Part shown: piece by piece, positions 7,966 to 16,305 of the stretch
Layout: each line of letters begins with the position of its first letter
Position numbering within the stretch: position 1 is the first letter of the stretch
DNA from: Paraspadella gotoi
Taxonomy: Eukaryota; Animalia; Chaetognatha
Direction of reading: 5' to 3'
Assembly (NCBI GenBank): GCA_051294375.1
Contig: JBJCIZ010000192.1
Coordinates: forward strand, 1-16,305
Length of the DNA: 16,305 nucleotides
Program-made: the position numbers and the translations under genes
Notes under the pieces: generated by a model
What the model was told of the DNA's origin: nothing
Seen by the model: only the letters and a program-made list of their open reading frames with translations
The model's database searches: none

Positions 7966-9240
7966 CGTGACCTATTATTGTTGCCTCAAGCTACGAAGTC
8001 CTCCCTCCTTGGGGGAATATTGTAAAAATAGTTACATTATGAGATTATTACTTGATCGTTATTTGAATGTTACTAAATTGGGTAACCCATATTTTATAGG
8101 ATAATATTTTCCAATACCCGAAAATAACCTCCAATTCCATCCAATTGAATTGTTAATTGTTCTGGTTCGCTCGGGTAAGGTGCAAAGAATCAATTAGATC
8201 AGTTAACGCCCGTTTATTACTCCTTGTCTGCTAAGTAAAACTGTTAGTAGAGTCAGTCTTTTGTTTTATAATTCCTTGATGATAACAACGGGAGAAATAG
8301 TACAAATAGTAACGAATTAATAAGATAATGATGTAGATTTCACACGTTTTTTGATCAGTTGGTTAGCGTCATTATGATAAATGAAATTTCTTTTATCTCT
8401 GAAGAGGAAAGATCAATCAGTTTTTAATTTACGCCGTGAACCATTATGGATTTTTTATGGGTTGAGTAAAGGATACTCAGCTTGTTTTCATCTAAATACG
8501 ACTTTTGGTTTTAATTCTACATGATACGACTGATTTTGTGATTTTCTGTGATTATTAATAAAAAGTGAACTATAGCCATAGTAATAGGTTTAAAATAATT
8601 ATAATCATTGACTTAAATTAAAACCTCTTTGGTTAATATGATTATAATAGTTAATATTATACTACTATATAGAGTTAACACTAATAATTAAAACATAAGC
8701 TTAAATCTGTTTAAAACATGTAGCTACTGAGGAATACTCTAAAATTTCAAATTATTGGTTTAATTAATAAAACAAAATATGCTATACTATACATATGTAT
8801 ATATATGAAGGTAAAAGATGCTCTTTTTTTTTCTTAGGGAAAATATTCCAGGTTCGCTCGTGTTTAAGTTTAGTTCGTCCAGCTCCAGTCTATCGTTATG
8901 GAACACATATTCGTTCTGAGGATCTATTTTAATGCATTAAAATTAAATTATTATTATTTAAATATTCTTATACCAGAATTTAACTGATTAACTGATTAAA
9001 CGTTTTTGAGGAAACTCGATGCCAATATATTATTAATCTTAAGTATAATTAATGAGTAAGAGCCATCTGGGAACTTTTTTTTTGCGCGGAATAATACACC
9101 GGTTAAACGTGTCGATTTTTTTTTGCTTTACGGTTTTGCGAATGTAAATTTTCTCTTCATTTACAATACAAAAGTGTAGTATAAGGTTTTAATTTTATAT
9201 TATTAAGTTTTGGGAATGTTAATAATTAAAGGTCCGCTCC

Positions 9241-9406
9241 CGTTGCTTTTCACATTTTGGCTTTGCAAATTTATAAAAAACTTTTCGGCACGTCTCATCG
9301 TTGCTTCTCAGCATTTTGGCATTGCGAATTTATCAAAATTTTTTGATACGTGTCTCGTGGCATTTCGGCACCTTGGCTTTGCTAGTTTATCAATTTTTTT
9401 TCCCGT
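9241..9406. repeat. Three diverged tandem copies of a ~57-bp unit
   Basis: Units start at 9241, 9299 and 9356 and share CGT(T/G)GC...CA(T/C)(T/C)TTGGC(T/A)TTGC...TTTAT.AA. Confidence 0.75.
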
Positions 9407-9418
9407 ATTTACAACAGT

Positions 9419-9421
<3 letters not shown>

Positions 9422-9461
<40 letters not shown>
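9422..9461 (+). repeat. Poly(A) tract (40 nt)
   Basis: Uninterrupted A run. Confidence 0.95.
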
Positions 9462-9463
<2 letters not shown>

Positions 9464-9738
9464 ATAAAAATAAATAAATAATATATTTTACTTTCGGTAA
9501 CGGAATACTACTGCCGGCGTATGTGGATGCTTTTTTTTTTTTTTTTTTCGTCAGTTGTAATTAATTAATTAATGGTAAAAACTTTTTATTACTTTACCAG
9601 TGTCCTTTTCCATTTTGCGTAATGAAATAGCTAATATACTCAAGTAGAGAAGTATCTTTTATTTTTTTTGTTAGGCAACCTACTGTATTAATTGTAAAAT
9701 GTTTTCTATTAATTTATAGAGTCAGTCCTGATACTAAT

Positions 9739-10737
9739 ATGGCGTCTTGGCCAGTACCGGCTGGAGCGGAGGACGAACTTGAATGGGAATTCCAAGAAAC
9801 TTTGCGAATCGCGATTGAGGCAAGTCTCCGAGAAGTGCCACATCAACCTCAGATAGTATTCAATAACGCGGAACAAACCAAGAGGAATTCTGGAAAGGGG
9901 CGCCAAATGGAATTGGTGGAAGAAGGGACTCACGAGCCAACATATGGAATCCAGACAGAAGGGGCCGCACAAGGAGAAGAAGAGACAACGGTCCGGCCAC
10001 AAGCGCCGATCTTTACCTTGGAGGAGATCGTTGAAAGGGGTGTGGACGAGTCATTCGACCCTTTTGAACTCAGGTGTCTAATCTGCCTTGATCTGGCCAG
10101 AATTCCGGTGATGATGAAGGGCTGCAAGAAGATCCTCTGCAAATCGTGCATTGATACGTGGACTGCCGGCCACGTTTCATGCCCTCACTGTCGGCGTCGT
10201 AACCCTGGCTACATAAGTACAGATGAATCCTTTGTAATAGATCTAGTAAAGGAAGTTGATGAAACAAAAGAAAGGGTAAAGAAATGGGGGATTGAGGAAG
10301 GAAAAAGGAGGGAAAGGCAACAAAGAGAGGGGCGACTCGTCGACGCTGAAGCTCAGACGGATCAACGAAAAGAGCTTCAACAAAGAGGGAGACGGCTCGT
10401 CGACGCCATAGCTCAGACAGATCAAAAACGTCAACAAGGGGGCACCCATCAAAAGGGGGAAATTCGAGTCAACGCTACGAGACCTAACAGGGGGGACTCG
10501 CCGGAGACACTTAATAGGAGGGCCAATGCTTTCATGTCTGCCCTGGACTCATCTCTAAACCAGGCACCTGCCGAGGAAGTTCTAGTTTACGACGGCCTGC
10601 GCACTCAAAACCGGCCCACAGCGGAATTTGTTTCATCTTATCGCGAATTACCAGAGCAGGGGGCGGAGACGGGGCTGTTGCTAACGACACGGGAAATGCT
10701 GACGAGACATCCGCATCAGCCACGCTGCAGGTTTTGA
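9739..10737 (+). CDS. UIM + RING-finger protein (putative E3 ubiquitin ligase), 332 aa
   Basis: UIM-like EDELEWEFQETLRIAIEASLRE (nt 9769-9834); RING-like CLIC-x12-CKKILCKSCIDTW-x6-CPHCR (nt 10075-10191); acceptors at AG 9673-9674 and 9718-9719. Confidence 0.85.
   Translation: MASWPVPAGAEDELEWEFQETLRIAIEASLREVPHQPQIVFNNAEQTKRNSGKGRQMELVEEGTHEPTYGIQTEGAAQGEEETTVRPQAPIFTLEEIVERGVDESFDPFELRCLICLDLARIPVMMKGCKKILCKSCIDTWTAGHVSCPHCRRRNPGYISTDESFVIDLVKEVDETKERVKKWGIEEGKRRERQQREGRLVDAEAQTDQRKELQQRGRRLVDAIAQTDQKRQQGGTHQKGEIRVNATRPNRGDSPETLNRRANAFMSALDSSLNQAPAEEVLVYDGLRTQNRPTAEFVSSYRELPEQGAETGLLLTTREMLTRHPHQPRCRF
10318..10437 (+). repeat. In-frame 60-bp tandem duplication inside the RING gene
   Basis: QQREGRLVDAEAQTDQRKEL / QQRGRRLVDAIAQTDQKRQQ; DNA lines 10321 and 10381 align in register. 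Confidence 0.85.
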
Positions 10738-10912
10738 AAACAGCACAAAGCTTAATAATAAAAAAAAAAAAATATATATATATATTTTATTATTAAAATA
10801 AAAGTAAATAGTCAATATACTAAAATGTAAAATTGAAAGTGGTAACGTGGTAAATGGGTTAAGGTAAAATGAAGAACCCAGTAGTAATTATAAAAATGAT
10901 ATAAATTTTTAG

Positions 10913-11111
10913 GTTGTACCACAATGTGACAGAGTTCATCCATGCGGCGACCACCATCGGTGAAAGCGGAAGGGCGGTGACGGTACACGCGGTATTGGCA
11001 AAAATCTCTGATTGCCGCTTCTGCAACCACGCGCCGTGCATGGTGGAAGTAAGGGGGAAAAAGATGAGGACGCAGCCGCATACGCACCTCCAATGCTATA
11101 GGTTCGTGTAA
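10913..11111 (+). CDS. Small Cys/His-containing coding exon lacking an N-terminal ATG
   Basis: AAATTTTTAG acceptor (AG 10911-10912) then GC-rich open frame LYHNVTEFIHAATT...CRFCNHAPC...HTHLQCYRFV*. Confidence 0.4.
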
Positions 11112-11328
11112 ACTAATGTGAATTGCAGTGTTTATCCAGTTAACTTCATTACGTAATATAGATAATATAAAGTAAATAATACAAGTATATTTTGTGAGAT
11201 GCCCATTGCCCAGTATTACTGTACCTTACTAAGTGTTCATTGTACCTATAAGCATATGGACGAATCAACTTAGTGTCATAAAAATTGCATAAATATAATA
11301 AAAATAATAAATCCTTTATTAATCATAG

Positions 11329-11686
11329 CCTTTGCTGCGGGCGATTTCTAAATCGGACAACGCTGCAATTTGATGGAGGAAATTGTGACTGTGGGATAGC
11401 CTTGATGTTCAACCTAAATGTACTTCCGGCGACGCAAGAAGAAAACAAGGGGCTCCGTGCGGCGTATTCTTACAAAAAAGACTTATGGCTAATCCATAGA
11501 GTGCATCACGCACTAAAGTCTTACTTCCGTCTCCTAGAAACAAGTAATCGTTGGGACGTGGAACTTAAAGTATTAAAAAGGGGAAGAGAAGGGTTACGGC
11601 GATTCCTCGCTCAAAATCATAGTGGCCTCATACAAGACCTTAAGGAACTAGTGGCTGAGGCGGAGAGAGAGGAAAAGGGGATTTAA
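11329..11686 (+). CDS. Hypothetical coding exon (~118 aa; internal ATG at 11405)
   Basis: TCCTTTATTAATCATAG acceptor (AG 11327-11328) marks the switch from AT-rich to coding-like sequence; frame LCCGRF...CDCGIALMF...EAEREEKGI*. Confidence 0.5.
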
Positions 11687-12565
11687 GGGGGTACCAGCTG
11701 TAGTATAGTTACCATTTACTCGATCCTTGAATTTTTTTCTATTGATCAAGGCATGTAGCCTGCTCTGTTCACTTTTATAATTGTTACGTTGCCATTAAAA
11801 ATACTTCAATCAGAATATTAATTGTACTGTGAGCAGTTGCTTACTAATACATTCCTGTTCTTTCTTCTCTTTGTAGCTTTGCTGTTATTGTTGCCTATTG
11901 AGTTTCGAGTTTGATTTTATTGGTTCGCATATTAATTTAAATTGTTTTACTGTTACTACAATATTGAAAATAAATTTCAATTAAAATGTGTCCGGTTTAG
12001 TACCAATTTGAGTTATCAGACCTACTTAATGGATAGATTGGTACGTTAGTCAGATTAGTATCATCAAAACCCGAATTTTGAGGTAAAAACCTAGACAGAT
12101 TGCTGAAGTAAAAGTCGATTGTTAAACCACGTCAAAGTTTATTGTGTGACTTCGCTGACGGAATGATGAACAGGAGATCAACGGTTAGGCGAAGTACATA
12201 GCCTAATATTTAAAAATAAATTGCCGGAAAAACGATTTTTGAATGTTAGTGAGGGGGAGAGGGAGAGATAAGAACATTCACTAAATATTAAAAAAATCGT
12301 GTACTTCCCAAACAAACCATACAATGATTTATAAACTGTCTGCTTCAACGTGAACAAGGAGAAACCTGTAAATAGTTTGAAATATACAACAAATTCTATT
12401 GTATTATGAATTACCAAGTTACGACCTGATGACTTACCTAAGTACCCTCACAATACCAAACAACAACTAACAGTAAAATCACAGTACCAAGAACAATACA
12501 AACCAAGTGAATGTGACGTGAACCTCAGACCCAAATAACATAAAGCTCACAAACTAACCTACTAG

Positions 12566-12751
12566 CCAAAAGTAACCCTGCTACATCCGGATTTCCCTTC
12601 TGACGTTCGTGATCAAATTCATGGGGGAATATTGCTTCTACTGGGAAAAACCGTGGATGCATCGTCCAAACAAAAGGACGTCGAGCAATTACAGAGTGGC
12701 CTCAAGAAAACTTTTGGGGAAGAAAAAAGGGGGGAAATGGTAAAAGGTTAA
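12566..12751 (+). other. Possible small ATG-less exon (61 codons)
   Basis: After CTAACCTACTAG, open frame PKVTLLHPDFPSDVRDQIHGGILLLLGKTVDASSKQKDVEQLQSGLKKTFGEEKRGEMVKG*; acceptor is weak. Confidence 0.25.
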
Positions 12752-13008
12752 TTATAATGGATACAGGGTGGTCAAAAAAAAAAAAATATATATTATATAT
12801 TAATAAATATTTGATTAAAAATAGATAAATATTAAATAGTATACTATAAATAAGATTAAATTAAATAAGAATAATAAATAGAATATAATAATACAGTAAA
12901 TAAATAATTAATAAATAAAATTATAATTTAATAAATTAAATAGTACTCTATATGGATGACTAACCGTGTTAATATTAAACGAGGATCTTATATCAGAGAT
13001 TTTGATGT

Positions 13009-13018
13009 GGGAAGGGAA
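13009..13018 (+). other. Polypurine tract (plus-strand primer site)
   Basis: GGGAAGGGAA directly abutting TGTTATAAG, the proposed LTR start. Confidence 0.65.
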
Positions 13019-13776
13019 TGTTATAAGAAATTGTTAATAGCATGATTTTTGATATCTTTTACATATATCATGATATATAAGCAGTTATAATTTGTGTAAT
13101 TTCTTTTCAGGTTTGTATAAAACTTTTGTTTAGAAAGAAAGAGGAACCTTTTATAAAATTATATATATTAATTAATTAACTTAAAATCATATGGTTTGGT
13201 TAATATAAATAATATAAAAATAGTAAAGAAAAAGACTATAGGAAGAAATAAGATTATTAACGAAGATTAAGTATAATTGGGTATTAAATTGGTTAATTTT
13301 GCCACATCATAAAAAGATAGGTGAGATTGACGAATCCAAGGGAGCAGAGGAATTAAAACGTTAGAGATAATAAGATAGAAAAAGAATTGATCAGGAATTT
13401 GTGAAATAACGAGCTTAGAGATTTTCTAAACTCATACAGTGAACGAAAGAAATGCTATTTGTAAGGTTTCATCAAGTGAGATAACATTAAACAGAGAGAT
13501 GTTGTGGAGCTTCTCTCTACTTGTTAGATAAAGCCAAATCAGAAAGCAGAAATGATCAGGTTACCAATAAGAATTCAGTATAAATTAATTGAGCGTAAGA
13601 AGGGATCTTTAGAGATTTAGAAATTAGATTGAAATCAGAGTAGTAGCGTAAGAGTTCAGGCAAGGAGAAACTGAATAGTTTCAAGTACATCCCCGTAACG
13701 CAATTATCGAAACGGAATATAATTATATATTATCTACTATGGATATGTGCATAAAGAACGAGAGCTCAGTAGGGCT

Positions 13777-13811
13777 TATAAAAGGAGAGGGAGCTGCTTG
13801 AAAGGACAGTC
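13777..13811 (+). promoter_or_regulatory. LTR core promoter: TATA box and initiator-like element
   Basis: GGGCT-TATAAAA-GGAGAG at 13777-13783; ACAGTC (Inr-like, A at 13808) 31 nt downstream. Confidence 0.55.
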
Positions 13812-14125
13812 CTCATTTCCACTCTGATTAGGGACAATATATGCATACCCCACTTCTTCTAGGGCTGAAGTTAATATTTGGGTAGTGTGTTACTATAAAA
13901 TAGTAACAATTTATAAGGTTAACCTAAATATAATTGGCCAGAATAGTACCCCAAGTACTATGGTGGTTACTACTTAGTAAAAGAAGTAGTGTAACATAAT
14001 TACAGAGTGTATAAACCAAACCCTAAATGGGAAACTGTAAATAATTAATATTCGTACAACTAATTCCTGTTCCTCTTTCTATATATTTTTGTGTAATTAA
14101 TTGTGGTCTGGCTAGATTGGATGGT

Positions 14126-14131
14126 AATAAA
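14126..14131 (+). terminator. Candidate LTR polyadenylation signal AATAAA
   Basis: AATAAA downstream of the TATA box, followed ~20 nt later by CA and a GT-rich TTGTGTGTCT. Confidence 0.4.
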
Positions 14132-14518
14132 GTAGAATTATAGTAATATATCATTGTGTGTCTACTATAGAGACCAGCTAGAATATGAGATTTTGGTTAG
14201 GCTAAGGGAACAACAGGGAATTGCTTTTAGATACCAAGTGATGCCCTGGGCTAGGAACTGATAGGGCCTTGAGGGACTTCTTCAACAGGTTAGCCTGGAT
14301 AAGGTTTAGGAACTATATATAACCCTTATTAGCTAGAATATAAATATCTATCATATTATAATCTGTGGACTGAGATATGAACTAAACTGGTGCACCAGTA
14401 TACGTATAAGGTATAAAGACTCCTGACTTACCGACACCAAACGGGTGAACCCCGGGCTCTAGGAATATTAAAACAACATATAATTTCTAGAACAGTTCGT
14501 CCTTGAAGTCGTCGTGAC

Positions 14519-14521
<3 letters not shown>

Positions 14522-14580
<59 letters not shown>

Positions 14581-14610
14581 AGAGGAGAGAGAGAGAGAGA
14601 AGAGAGGAGA
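14522..14610. repeat. (GA)n microsatellite, imperfect
   Basis: Direct reading. Confidence 0.95.
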
Positions 14611-14658
14611 TAGTGAAGGAATGAATCAGGAAAGGATTCCCACGAGATAGGCTCAAAA

Positions 14659-14879
14659 TTTCCTTTCTGTCTTTCTTTCTTTTGTTTTATTCTTTCTTTT
14701 TTTCTGTCTATAGCTTTTTCTATTTTCTTGGATTTGTTCTTGTGTCTTTGCGTGTGGTTATTTGATAATTTGACAGCATTTCTGTTTCTAGCTTTGAGAC
14801 ATCGCAATATTATTTTTTTTTGTCTTGTATCTTTCTTTTCTTTCTTTCTTTCTTTCTTCTTTCTCTTTTCTTTCTTTTT

Positions 14880-14912
<33 letters not shown>

Positions 14913-15283
14913 TCTTGTTCTGACGTTGAAATTTTATTGTTTTTTTCTCCTGTCTTCTTTTCTTTCTTTCTTTTTTCTTTCGTTCTTTTTTAATTTTTTT
15001 TCGTCCTCAGTTTTTTTATTTGTTTTTCTCATTCTTTCTATTTTCATTTTTTCCCCTTTTTTTTTCTCTTTCTTATTTTGTTCTTTAATTTTTTCTCTCA
15101 AGACTTTGCATTTAGACACAGTGCGCGCCCTCTACGATGAAGGAGCCATTGGGTGCGATCGTCATAAAAGGAAAGGGTCACAGAGAAAAGAAGGATATAG
15201 AGAAGGAGAGGATTGGATAGAAAGGAATAAAGAAAGGAAAATAAAAGAAGAAAAGAGAAGATAAAAGTAAGAAAAGAGAAGAA
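14659..15283. repeat. Low-complexity host flank: (TTTC)n-like pyrimidine tract followed by purine-rich tract
   Basis: TTTC/TTCT runs ~14659-15097; A/G-rich runs ~15166-15283. Confidence 0.85.
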
Positions 15284-16305
15284 AGTTCACGGAAGCGAAG
15301 TGCGAAGAAATTAATCGGGCGAAGAATAATGGAATTGTGAAATGTGAACTCAGTGTAAATCATGAGGTGAAAACTCACGAGCGTATTCTCTCTCTCGTTC
15401 GCTCTTTCGCTCCCTTAACTTATCAGTTCGCATTCTCTCGCTATCTTCTTTTGGTGAATTTTCTAATAGAATCAAGTTACTAAAACATTTCAAAAAAATA
15501 TTAAAGCTTGCATTTTTACTGTTGGGACAGGCTAACTATACTAATATGGGGGTAGGGAATCTGATGGTAAGGTCAAAACCGTCGAAACCTCGATATCGCT
15601 TGACTACCAGGCCTGAATGAGCTTTTTAGCTTTTTTTAGAATTTCCCATAATTTTTGTAGTTTATTATTATCCAACTGAAATAAACAATAATTAATTAGT
15701 TTTTTATTCTTTTTTTTACCCATTTAAAGTACAATTAATGATTTACTTTAATATTTTTTCTTCTTAGCCCTAAACGACATAATACCTCAAAAAAAGGTTT
15801 TTTTAAAATTTTGCTAAAAATTTATTCTGATTTTTTTGTAATCACTATTTTAAATTGGCAAACATTTAATTCAGGAATAATAAAGTCTTGGTTTGTCTTG
15901 GCATGGTAAGTTTTATTTATCTTCATAGTAAATTATGGACATTTTTGAAGAAGTCATATCTTCATCAGCATAAATTAAAAATTTTTGGAACATGGTTTGA
16001 GAAGAAAAAAAAGAGGAGAGAGAGTGAGAGAGATGGAATTGTTTCCTTCAAAACCATGTTTCCCAAAACTTTTAATTTGCACTGATGAAAACTCTAGTAT
16101 TCACCAAGACCTATTATCACAGTATTATTTTTTAATTATATTAAAAAGAAATTCATATATTAAGTAAAATTGATGAATAAAATTCAAGCTTCAGAATTGA
16201 GTCAATGTTAGGACAGGAGAAAGTAAGGGAAGGGAAGGAGGGTGAGTAAATTTGAGATTGGTAAAAAAAAAAAGAGAGAGAGATCAATACATTTGGCAAT
16301 GTACA

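Larger units (their letters stand above)
1..14494 (+). mobile_element. 3' portion of a giant Ty3/Gypsy-like LTR retrotransposon carrying an accessory-gene array (5' end outside window)
   Basis: Gypsy-type integrase ORF; PPT immediately followed by TG...CA LTR-like segment; all credible ORFs co-oriented with the integrase and LTR; abrupt change to microsatellite-rich DNA after 14494. Second LTR, gag and RT not visible. Confidence 0.65.
13019..14494 (+). repeat. Putative 3' long terminal repeat (~1476 bp)
   Basis: Starts TGTTATAAGAAATT and ends AATTTCTAGAACA (reverse complement TGTTCTAGAAATT: imperfect terminal inverted repeat); preceded by PPT; no long ORF; internal TATA and AATAAA; not followed by a TGG primer-binding site; host microsatellite follows. 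Confidence 0.7.

Noticed and set aside
8010-8030. GGGGGAATAT-TGTAAA resembling a second PPT/LTR start; the 13-mer TGGGGGAATATTG recurs at 12622-12634
   Set aside because: No visible similarity to the 13019 LTR, only a 6-bp inverted match near 9412, and a 13-bp repeat is expected by chance in 16 kb. A central PPT cannot be excluded.
8164-8860. GGTTCGCTCG present twice (8164, 8851)
   Set aside because: A 10-bp match is within chance expectation.
9241-9406. CRISPR-like repeat array
   Set aside because: Eukaryotic context, diverged contiguous units without unique spacers, no cas genes.
585-11093. Minus-strand and alternative-frame ORFs overlapping the main genes (e.g. 585-785, 1675-1986, 1983-2357, 5121-5462, 6820-7080, 9709-10002, 10812-11093)
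   Set aside because: Shadows of purine-rich + strand genes; no motifs, mostly non-ATG starts.
15121-15138. GCGCCCTCTAC, similar to a CTCF core motif
   Set aside because: Single partial match with no supporting evidence.
15556-15595. Second hammerhead-like string CTGATGG...GGTCAAAACC..GAAAC
   Set aside because: Core, stem II register and helix III are all broken; at most a decayed remnant.
14468-16167. ORFs rich in F/S/L or K/E/R in the flank, and ORF 9210-9464
   Set aside because: Translations of microsatellite, low-complexity or poly(A) sequence.

Overview
AT-rich eukaryotic (probably invertebrate) genomic DNA. Bases 1-14494 read as the 3' part of one very large Ty3/Gypsy-like LTR retroelement on the + strand. 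It contains an intact, stand-alone D,D(35)E integrase ORF (3895-5586) with no RT/RNase H in the window. It ends in a polypurine tract (13009-13018) abutting a ~1.48-kb TG...CA segment with imperfect inverted ends, a TATA box and AATAAA (putative 3' LTR, 13019-14494). The internal region holds a co-oriented array of intron-less accessory ORFs: an F-box protein, a triple C2H2 zinc-finger protein, an orphan, a coiled-coil/Cys-rich protein, an ankyrin-SOCS-box protein, a UIM-RING protein and several small ATG-less exons. Almost every ORF is preceded by a T-rich tract ending in YAG, i.e. a spliceosomal 3' acceptor. This suggests a complex-retrovirus-like element expressing many genes by alternative (or trans-) splicing and carrying three different ubiquitin-ligase modules. 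A degenerate Penelope-type hammerhead ribozyme lies at 6080-6122. From 14495 on is microsatellite-rich flanking host DNA. The 5' LTR, gag and RT are outside the window, so the single-element model is an inference.
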